Made by a program: the position numbers and the translations under genes. A stretch of DNA of 48,617 nucleotides from a virus (lineage: Duplodnaviria; Caudoviricetes), in the IMG/VR virus record IMGVR_UViG_3300048902_000105, positions 1 through 48,617 of that record; one strand, 5' to 3'. The notes below the pieces were generated by a model. That model saw only the letters and a list, made by a program, of their open reading frames with translations, was not told the origin of the DNA and made no database searches. The stretch's first letter is position 1; each line of letters opens with the position of its first letter. This document shows positions 41,738 through 48,617 of the stretch, in pieces.

Positions 41738-44094
41738 GGCGAAACTCCCTCCAGCGCGCTCAGCCGGGCGCTGAGTTCCTTCACCGCGTTGACCAGCGCG
41801 GCGACGATGGGCTCGACGTTGATGCCTAAAATCGGGGCCTCGCTGTTGAGGGACCCAGGCCCCTCGCCATCGGGCGTGCCCACGGGAAGCACCGCCTCGG
41901 GGATGACCCCCTGAAGCTGCTGCGCCGAAAAGCCGATTTCATAACGCTCATGTTCCGTGCCGTCGTAATCCAGGCGGCGAAACCGTATCGGGTTGATCGC
42001 GAGGGCTTCCGGCAGTCCCACGCTGGCGGGGACGACATCGGTCTTCATCCGCTCGTCGGAAGTCGGGATATATGAGCCGTTGCCCTGCCACGGCCCCAGC
42101 CAGTTGATGCCGTGCGTTCCAGGAAAATCGAACTGAATAAAAGGTCCCGCCGTGTCCGCGTTCCAGATCAGAGTGCCGTTCGCGGTGGACCAGTTGAGTT
42201 GCCAGTTATTGCTGAACGCATACGAGCGATAGCCGCTGGGCTGAAACATCTGCTGAGTGCCGTCACCCACCGAAACACTGGTGGTTCCCCGCGTGAAGTT
42301 CCCGATCAGGTTGGCCCCGGTAAGCGTGCCACCGACGGTCACGTCACCCGTCGCACGGTTGATGCTCAGCACCGCGCCAAGATAATTACCGGCGTCGTCG
42401 AAACGACCGATGGAGAAGTTCGACCCGGCGTTGCCGCCGCTCTCCGCCGTGGCATCGCCCAGCGCGAGGGTCCAGCGCACGTTCAGTCCGGTGTAGCCGG
42501 CGATCTGCGCGCCCTGGCCGGCGGCGCGCGACAGGTTCAGGGTCGCCCAACTCCCGGCGGCGGCGTTGATCGCCAGCGGGCCGGTCAGGGTGCCCCCGGA
42601 AAGAGGCAGATACGGGCCGCCCAATGGCGCGTGGTTATCGACGTATTGCTTCGTCGCCGTGCCCAGCGCCGCCGTGGGATCAGCCGCCAGGACCAGGGGA
42701 CCGGTAAGCGTGCCCCCCGTGAGCGCCAGCTTTCCGTCCGCGTATTGCTTCGTCGCCGCGCCCAGAACGGCCACGGGGTTCGCCGCCAGGACCAGGGGGC
42801 CGGTAAGAGTCCCGCCCGAAAGCGCCAGCTTCGCGTCCGCGTATTGCTTCGTCGTCGCGCCCAGAGCGGTCACGGGGTCCGCCGCCAGGACCAAGGGACC
42901 TGTCAGAGTGCCCCCCGCGAGCGCCAGCTTCGCATCCGCGTATCGCTTCGTCGCCGCGCCCAGCGCCGCCGTGGGATCAGCCGCCAGAACCACGGGTCCA
43001 GTGAACGTGCCCCCCGTGAACGGCACGTATTTCCCATCGGAATACTGCCGCGTCACCGGTTGCAACGGTCCCGCCGGGTCCGCCGCCAGGACGATGGCGC
43101 CGGTCATGGTCCCGCCGGTCAGCGGCAGATACTGCCCGGCCTGCGTCGCCACGCCCTCGACCTGGATCTGCACGATATCCCCCGCCGCGCGCGGCTGGGT
43201 GAACGTCACCGTGTTTGTGGTCCCGGTGTAATCGTTCACCGGAGTCCGCAACAGGCCGTTGGCGTAGACCAGCAAGGTCTGCGTCGGTCCCGGCGTGTAG
43301 GTCAGCAGCTTGCCGTCCCGGTCCGGCCCGGTGAAAACGGTCTGCCCCGCCGTGGCGATGTAGGTGTTGTAAAACACGATGGCCTGGGGCGGGGCCTTGG
43401 CCAGCAAATCCTCGATATCGGAGAGGGTTTCCGCCGCGCGATTGGCCCACCAGCGGGACGACCAGTGATCGCCGGTAACACCCTGAACCGCCAGGATATT
43501 GGGCGGGATCGTGTCCGGCATGTGTTCAGCCCAGGCGGTCGACACGTCGGCGTAAGCCTGGGACTGGGCCTCGGAACCGTCCGCGTGGTTGGCGCTGTTC
43601 GCCGCGTCCGCCGCGCGCGCCGCCGCCGTGTCGGCGCTGCCTTGAGCGCCAGTCGCCGCGCCCTGAGCGGTCGAGGCCGATGTCTGGGCGTCGGTGGCGG
43701 CTTGCCCCGCGCTGGTCGAACTGCCGCTGGCCAGCGACGAGTAGGACAGCGCCGCGTTGGCCGAACTCAAAGCCTGGGTAGCATAACTTCCGGCCTGATC
43801 CACCAGGGGTTGCACCTGGGCGACGGCATCGTCCGCGATATGGTCGAACAGGCCCGGGACGAACTGAGGTTCACCGACTATCCCAGGACGAAGCGTTCCG
43901 TCCGTGTTCAGACTTGTCCCAACCCAATCAAGGGTTTGGCTCTGCGTGCTGTTACCACGGTCGAACTCGGCGTCCAGCCGGTCGCCGGGCGGCGGAGTGG
44001 TCGGGTTGTTGACCTGCCAATCGGTGAATGAATACTGCCTGACCGGCGGCGTGGGCTCGGGGGCGACCAGCTTACCCGGTATGGCGTCAGGCAT
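41734..44094 (-). CDS. Tail fibre with 33-aa repeats and C-terminal intramolecular chaperone (Peptidase_S74-like)
   Basis: SDERMK cleavage motif, GFSAQ, LVNAVKEL; probable start MPDAIPGK. Confidence 0.85.
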   Translation of the reverse strand: MPDAIPGKLVAPEPTPPVRQYSFTDWQVNNPTTPPPGDRLDAEFDRGNSTQSQTLDWVGTSLNTDGTLRPGIVGEPQFVPGLFDHIADDAVAQVQPLVDQAGSYATQALSSANAALSYSSLASGSSTSAGQAATDAQTSASTAQGAATGAQGSADTAAARAADAANSANHADGSEAQSQAYADVSTAWAEHMPDTIPPNILAVQGVTGDHWSSRWWANRAAETLSDIEDLLAKAPPQAIVFYNTYIATAGQTVFTGPDRDGKLLTYTPGPTQTLLVYANGLLRTPVNDYTGTTNTVTFTQPRAAGDIVQIQVEGVATQAGQYLPLTGGTMTGAIVLAADPAGPLQPVTRQYSDGKYVPFTGGTFTGPVVLAADPTAALGAATKRYADAKLALAGGTLTGPLVLAADPVTALGATTKQYADAKLALSGGTLTGPLVLAANPVAVLGAATKQYADGKLALTGGTLTGPLVLAADPTAALGTATKQYVDNHAPLGGPYLPLSGGTLTGPLAINAAAGSWATLNLSRAAGQGAQIAGYTGLNVRWTLALGDATAESGGNAGSNFSIGRFDDAGNYLGAVLSINRATGDVTVGGTLTGANLIGNFTRGTTSVSVGDGTQQMFQPSGYRSYAFSNNWQLNWSTANGTLIWNADTAGPFIQFDFPGTHGINWLGPWQGNGSYIPTSDERMKTDVVPASVGLPEALAINPIRFRRLDYDGTEHERYEIGFSAQQLQGVIPEAVLPVGTPDGEGPGSLNSEAPILGINVEPIVAALVNAVKELSARLSALEGVSP
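42565..43131 (-). repeat. About 99-nt tandem coding repeat, 5 full copies plus 1 partial (L.L.GGTLTGPLVLAADP...ATKQY.D)
   Basis: Visible in the translation. Confidence 0.9.
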
Positions 44095-44365
44095 TTCCCC
44101 GGCCTTCCGTGTCAGGTTTGTCCGGTGGTGGCGCGCCACCACCGCGCGACGCCAGTAGCAGCGCGAGGACCGCCGCGAGCATTTCGGCCCATACTTCGCG
44201 GATCTGCACGCCGACATCGGCGCAGGCGCTGATCTGGTAAGCGCCGGTCCCGATGAGCCAAAGGCACAGCGCGCCGGTCCCCAGGGTCATCAACAGTTCG
44301 GTGAGGATCACCGCCGCCATGAGCCAGAACGCCGCGCGCAGCATGGGAAAGGGGGGCCGGGACAT
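44087..44365 (-). CDS. Putative holin (two TM segments, 92 aa)
   Basis: Two hydrophobic helices; adjacent to the amidase-like gene. Confidence 0.5.
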   Translation of the reverse strand: MSRPPFPMLRAAFWLMAAVILTELLMTLGTGALCLWLIGTGAYQISACADVGVQIREVWAEMLAAVLALLLASRGGGAPPPDKPDTEGRGNA

Positions 44366-44371
44366 ACCGCA

Positions 44372-44740
44372 TCACGCCGCCTCGACAACGTGATAGGCGT
44401 CGCCATCGTTGACCCGGCGTCCGGCGCCGCCGCGCCCGCGGATCAGGCGCTCGCCCACCGGCTTGCCCAGATACTGGTCCACGACAAGCAAGCCTTCGGC
44501 GGTTTCTTCCAGTAGGATGGCGACATGCGCCGTGCCGTCTGTCCGGTTGGTGTGGCGTCCGTCCGGGCCGAAGGTGCCGATCACCGTGCCTCTCGGGACA
44601 TTCCCGCCTTTCCCCTTCGCGCCGGCCCGTAGCGTCGATGAGTGCGGCACGCCCACGACTTCCTGGATGTGCCGCAAACAATGACCGTTGGCGACGACCT
44701 CGCCCTGCCTCGCGTGGGGGTCAGGCGCGACGAAAGGCAC
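44372..44740 (-). CDS. BPSL0067/Tae2-like Cys-His peptidoglycan amidase, putative endolysin
   Basis: GHC(21)...GTVIGTF...H(72)VAI...VVDQY...NDG.AY. Confidence 0.7.
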   Translation of the reverse strand: MPFVAPDPHARQGEVVANGHCLRHIQEVVGVPHSSTLRAGAKGKGGNVPRGTVIGTFGPDGRHTNRTDGTAHVAILLEETAEGLLVVDQYLGKPVGERLIRGRGGAGRRVNDGDAYHVVEAA

Positions 44741-44746
44741 CAGAGT

Positions 44747-44917
44747 TCAGCGGTGCGGAACGGGCTTCAGGCTCGGATCGACGCACACATAGCGCCAACC
44801 GATCCCCGGAATACCGGCGCCGTAACCCGGGTCAACCGGGCCTTCGCCCGGCGGAAGCCCCTGGTCTGGATGCCGCCCGGGGCGGCGAATACGAAGGAAA
44901 CCCGACACAAATGGCAT
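44747..44917 (-). CDS. Small Pro/Gly-rich protein (56 aa)
   Basis: AAGGAG SD before ATG at 44917; HPDQGLP, PVDPGYG, GIGWRY motifs. Confidence 0.6.
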   Translation of the reverse strand: MPFVSGFLRIRRPGRHPDQGLPPGEGPVDPGYGAGIPGIGWRYVCVDPSLKPVPHR

Positions 44918-45264
44918 GGACCTGACTCCTTTGGGTGTTTCGCCTGTAGACCCTTTGTTTTCCCAACACCAGCCCTGTTGGTAAGGGCGCCGAAACCGAC
45001 AAACAGGACGCACCCGGCGCGCTCGGAAAACGAGGTTAGCCCACGGCACCCCCAAATCGTTGCCCAAACATCACGAAAGTCTGAGCGAACTCAACTAGAT
45101 AGCCAAACCAGTGAGGGTAAAATGCGATCCGGGCGCGGACCCCCCGGGGGGCGGACGGCCCGGGGGCGAGGCCGCGCGAGACCGCGCCACGGTTCGGCAA
45201 GAACTAGGACAGGTCCATATATGTCAAGGGCTTAGCGGTCCTGAGTGCGGAAATCTCCGCACTG

Positions 45265-45594
45265 TTACGCTTGCGCGACCCGGGACCGCAGCCTGGATAG
45301 TTCCGAGACCAGTTCGTCCCGAGTTAGTTCGTCTATCGGCGTGTTATCGGCCCGGTCCGGCTTAGGCTGGTGCCGTCCCGTTAGTCCCTTGATTTCAGCC
45401 AATGTTCTGGCAGCCGCGACCCGGGCTTGCGCTCCCGCGTTAGGGTCCGTCGCCAGATCTGAGAGAAGCCGCTCGATGGACACATGCTCGATGTCCACAA
45501 CGTCCACGCCGATTGTCCCGGTTGTCCCGCGTGTCCCGTTGGTCCCGCGTTGTCCTGTCCCGCTTGTCCCGCTTGTCCCGCGCCGCTTCGTCAT
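45265..45594 (-). CDS. Possible terminase small subunit-like protein (109 aa)
   Basis: D..A.A.ARV.AAR.L.E..G and P..ELT.DEL patterns; ATGA coupling; near the head of the late region. Confidence 0.45.
   Translation of the reverse strand: MTKRRGTSGTSGTGQRGTNGTRGTTGTIGVDVVDIEHVSIERLLSDLATDPNAGAQARVAAARTLAEIKGLTGRHQPKPDRADNTPIDELTRDELVSELSRLRSRVAQA
45513..45580. repeat. Imperfect 9-nt-period repeat of TTGTCCC encoding (GTx)n
   Basis: ttgtcccg gttgtcccgc gtgtcccg... gcttgtccc gcttgtccc. Confidence 0.75.
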
Positions 45595-46010
45595 GTCCTG
45601 ACCGCGTCCCGCGCCGCGCGCCATGCCTTCGCCCATGCCAGCGGCTCACTGTCCCGGTTGTCCCACGCCAGGACAAGCGCGAGCCGCGCGGGCGCCCCGA
45701 CTTCCATCTTCGCCGCTATCAGGTCCCGCCATACCGGCATGGCCATGAGTTCCGCCGGTAGCAGGCCGCGCCGCTCCAGACCACCCAGGACACGGCCCGC
45801 GACACGTCCTGGCGTGTCCCGCTGGCGCCGCGCGCTGTGTCCCCAACATGTGGCCAACCCTCGCACGGCGATCCGCCGGCATCGAACGCATTGACGCAAC
45901 GCACGACTGCCGAAGGGCGCCCGATACTTAAGCAGCGCCACGATGCTGGCCGGGTTGCCCATCCATCCACCCACGCGGCTGGAGCGTGGCGCCGTGTTTG
46001 GTTCACTCAT
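45591..46010 (-). CDS. Hypothetical protein with CxxC-x11-CxxH Zn-finger-like motif (139 aa)
   Basis: CVRCRRIAVRGLATCWGH. Confidence 0.6.
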   Translation of the reverse strand: MSEPNTAPRSSRVGGWMGNPASIVALLKYRAPFGSRALRQCVRCRRIAVRGLATCWGHSARRQRDTPGRVAGRVLGGLERRGLLPAELMAMPVWRDLIAAKMEVGAPARLALVLAWDNRDSEPLAWAKAWRAARDAVRT

Positions 46011-46154
46011 GGCCAGATGATGCCGGGACCGAAGAAAAACACAAGCGCCCCGTCTGTTTGTTGTTGTGTTTGCTTTCCATCGCGCTATTTAGGGGTTGCC
46101 TTGCCTTGACTGACCTGCACCCCACGAAACACCCCAAACACTGGAAAGCAAAAC

Positions 46155-47705
46155 ATGACCGCCACCCCCAGCGCCATTTGGCGCAACGCCGTGCGCACCG
46201 CTTTGCGCGACCGGCTTGCCAATGCCGACCCCAACGATACCGACGCGCAAGCCGCTCGCCTGACCCTCAATGGCCGGCTTATCAACAACCTCAACAACGA
46301 AGATTTGCGCGGCTTGCTTCGCATCGTGGGGATTGATCCCATGGCGCTGCACCCCTCGCATGCCCCGGGAGCCGCGCCGATGCCTGACACCGACCAGGAC
46401 GACCAGGACGACCCGGACGACCAGGATCAGGCCCGGGACCTTATGACGCCGCCGCCGGCTCATACCGACGCCGCGCCCGCCGCGCCCGCCGATGACGCCG
46501 CTGCCATTGACGCCGAAGTCAACACCATTCGCGCCGATATCATGGGCGGGGGTTTCGCGGCCCTGGACCGGAAACTCCGGGACCTCGTGATAGCCGCGCG
46601 CAAGCCGGCGGTTGTCCAGGTCGTGACAAAGACCGTGACAGTCGAAGTTCCGGTTGAGCGCGACCAGGACACGACCACACCGCGCGCCGCGCCTACCGAT
46701 CAGACTGTCACATGGCGCAAGGCATTTGGCGTCAAGGGGCCGCTCGGTGCCGAGACCGCGCCAGTATGGGACGGCGCCCATCCTGATACGCCCTGCGTCA
46801 ATGATCGTTATGTCTGGCCGGCGGAAACGAGCGTGGCGCTGACCGAGATCAGGCGCGGCCATAACGTGATGTTGTTCGGTCCCAAAGGCACGGGAAAGAC
46901 AGAGTTCGCGCAACAAATCGCCGCGCGGCTTCGCCGGCCTTTCGTGCTGATATCGTGCGACGCCAGCACCGACGCCGCGACCCTGGTAGGCATGACGGTC
47001 CCGGCCCGGGACGGCAAAGGCGTGTCATTCCAGCCGGGACAACTTGTCCGCGCGATCCAGACCCCTGGCGCCGTGATTTGCATTGACGAACCCTCAATCG
47101 CGCGCCCTGGCGCCTTGTTCGCGTTGCAGAATGTTCTGACACCCAACCGGAGCCTTTACATCCAGGAAACGGGCCAGAAGGTGAAGGTGGCCGCTGGCGT
47201 GATTTTCGTTGCGACCGATAACACCAGCGGGATGGGAGGCGGTTCGCGGGTTGGCTACCATGGCACGCAAGCCCTGAACGCGGCCACGCTGGATCGTTTC
47301 AGCGCCCGGATCAAACTGGGATGGCACGATCCCGCGACCGAAGCCGGCATTATCACGGCACATGTCCCGGGTTGCACGATTGAACTGGCCAATCTCTTGG
47401 TTCAGGCCGCGACCACGACGCGAGCCGCCGCTGACTCTCAGGTGCTCACCGAGGGTCTGGGCTTGCGCCGCCTGTTCGCATGGGCGGGGTTGCTGGCCGA
47501 TGGCCATGATCCTGAAATCGCGTTCCAGTGCGCCGTCCAGAATTGTGTCCCGGACGGCGAGCAAGAGGCTTTGCGCCAACAGTGTTTGCTCGCCGTGGAC
47601 AAGAACACCGTCCGCGCCGCGTTGAACCCGACCGCGCCAATCCCGTCGCCCGCCGCTTCCGACTTTGACCTTGTCTCGCCTGACACCATGGGCGAGGGAG
47701 CCTGA
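46155..47705 (+). CDS. MoxR-type AAA+ ATPase (CbbQ/NirQ/NorQ/CobS-like)
   Basis: Walker A GPKGTGKT, Walker B ICIDE, ATDNT, ATLDRF, LGLRRL. Confidence 0.88.
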   Translation: MTATPSAIWRNAVRTALRDRLANADPNDTDAQAARLTLNGRLINNLNNEDLRGLLRIVGIDPMALHPSHAPGAAPMPDTDQDDQDDPDDQDQARDLMTPPPAHTDAAPAAPADDAAAIDAEVNTIRADIMGGGFAALDRKLRDLVIAARKPAVVQVVTKTVTVEVPVERDQDTTTPRAAPTDQTVTWRKAFGVKGPLGAETAPVWDGAHPDTPCVNDRYVWPAETSVALTEIRRGHNVMLFGPKGTGKTEFAQQIAARLRRPFVLISCDASTDAATLVGMTVPARDGKGVSFQPGQLVRAIQTPGAVICIDEPSIARPGALFALQNVLTPNRSLYIQETGQKVKVAAGVIFVATDNTSGMGGGSRVGYHGTQALNAATLDRFSARIKLGWHDPATEAGIITAHVPGCTIELANLLVQAATTTRAAADSQVLTEGLGLRRLFAWAGLLADGHDPEIAFQCAVQNCVPDGEQEALRQQCLLAVDKNTVRAALNPTAPIPSPAASDFDLVSPDTMGEGA

Positions 47706-47708
47706 ACC

Positions 47709-48617
47709 ATGGCGAACACGCTTTACCTTGAAGTTACCGCCGCCGCCGTTGAGACCGCTTCCAAAATCATCGCGCAACGGCGTGGCCAGCATAACAAACC
47801 GGTCCGGGTGACCGTTGGCGCCAAAGGTGGCGCCACGGCTTCCGTCCAGGTCACGCCCGCCGGCAACGCCATCATGAACCTGCCATCCCTGCCGGCTTCA
47901 ACCGTGCTGTCACGGTCCGAAGCGGACAGGATGCTGGGGTTTATCGCCCATGAGTGTTTACACGTGCTGCACACCGACTGGGTCTGGTGGTCCCGTTGCG
48001 TGCAAGCCGGCGCCAGGACGCGCCATTGGGCGAACTGCCTTGAAGACGTGCGCATTGAGGCGAAAGAGTTACGGGCCAGGCATTTCCCCGCCTTGCGCGG
48101 CATTCTGAGCGCCACGACGGACCACGTTCACTATCAGGGTCTGACCGGCGCGGCGAAAGCCGGCCACGTCATCGGCGCCAGGATCGCGGACGCGCCCTAT
48201 TGCGTCGCGATTTTGGGTAGGCTGGCCAACCGCTACACCGTGCCAACCGCGCGCGGCTTGCGTGGCGCGTTGCACCCGGACGTCGCGCGGCTCGTGGATG
48301 TGGCGCTTGCCGAAGTTAAGTCCTGCAAATCAACGCAGAACGTTTACCAACTGGCCATGCGCATGGTCGCCATGGAAAACCAGATTATCGCCGCAAACAC
48401 ACCGCCACCCCGGGACGACCAGGACGGCGACCAGGGCGACCAGGGCGACCAGGGCGACCAGGGCGACCAGGGCGACCAGGGCGACCAGGGCGACCAGGAC
48501 GGCGACCAGGACGGCGACCAGGGCGGCGACCAGGGCGACCAGGGCGACCAGGGCGGCGACCAGGGCGACCAGGGCGACCAGGACGGCGACCAGGACGGCG
48601 ACCAGGGCGACCAGGGC
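47709..48617 (+). CDS. CobT-like MoxR partner with HExxH motif, 3'-truncated by the window end
   Basis: Not in the ORF track (no stop); GAGGGAG SD; MANTLYLEV...GFIAHECLHVLHTD...NCLEDVRIE; acidic DQG linker. Confidence 0.8.
   Translation, partial: MANTLYLEVTAAAVETASKIIAQRRGQHNKPVRVTVGAKGGATASVQVTPAGNAIMNLPSLPASTVLSRSEADRMLGFIAHECLHVLHTDWVWWSRCVQAGARTRHWANCLEDVRIEAKELRARHFPALRGILSATTDHVHYQGLTGAAKAGHVIGARIADAPYCVAILGRLANRYTVPTARGLRGALHPDVARLVDVALAEVKSCKSTQNVYQLAMRMVAMENQIIAANTPPPRDDQDGDQGDQGDQGDQGDQGDQGDQGDQDGDQDGDQGGDQGDQGDQGGDQGDQGDQDGDQDGDQGDQG
48415..48617 (+). repeat. Tandem repeat (GACCAGGGC)n with 12-nt variants, encoding (DQG)n
   Basis: Runs to the end of the window. Confidence 0.95.

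Noticed and set aside
41734-44094. Diversity-generating retroelement acting on the tail fibre
   Set aside because: No reverse transcriptase and no template/variable repeat pair seen; the repeats are ordinary fibre shaft repeats
46155-47705. Cobalamin biosynthesis auxiliary gene (cobS)
   Set aside because: Motifs support only a generic MoxR-type ATPase; no cobN or other cob genes are present
48415-48617. CRISPR array or telomere-like repeat
   Set aside because: No spacers; it is an in-frame coding repeat (DQG)n

Overview
This window is essentially all phage: a GC-rich, temperate, podovirus-like genome with no recognisable host chromosomal genes. The host is probably an alphaproteobacterium, which is an inference from composition and gene families. 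Left to right it carries: (1) the end of a rightward operon; (2) a leftward block with a lipoprotein, a candidate replication origin, a RepB-type primase fused to an SF3 helicase, a tyrosine integrase, an excisionase and an XRE repressor; (3) a rightward replication block with a Cro-like protein, RuvC-like resolvase, split SNF2 helicase, DUF2800 nuclease, DUF2815 SSB and family A DNA polymerase; (4) an AT-rich, repeat-laden intergenic region resembling attP about 9 kb from int; (5) a long leftward virion and lysis operon including TerL, portal, scaffold, capsid, tail proteins, internal proteins, a transglycosylase and a 2407-aa polyvalent protein; (6) a rightward MoxR AAA+ ATPase plus an HExxH/CobT-like partner, cut off by the window end inside a 9-nt tandem repeat. 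The most unusual features are three consecutive tail-region genes with Sec-type signal peptides, a BPSL0067/Tae2-like amidase in the endolysin position, three recurring non-coding motif families around the replication genes, the remote attP-like region, and a possible CTG start for terL. All family assignments come from motifs recognised by eye; no database searches were run.
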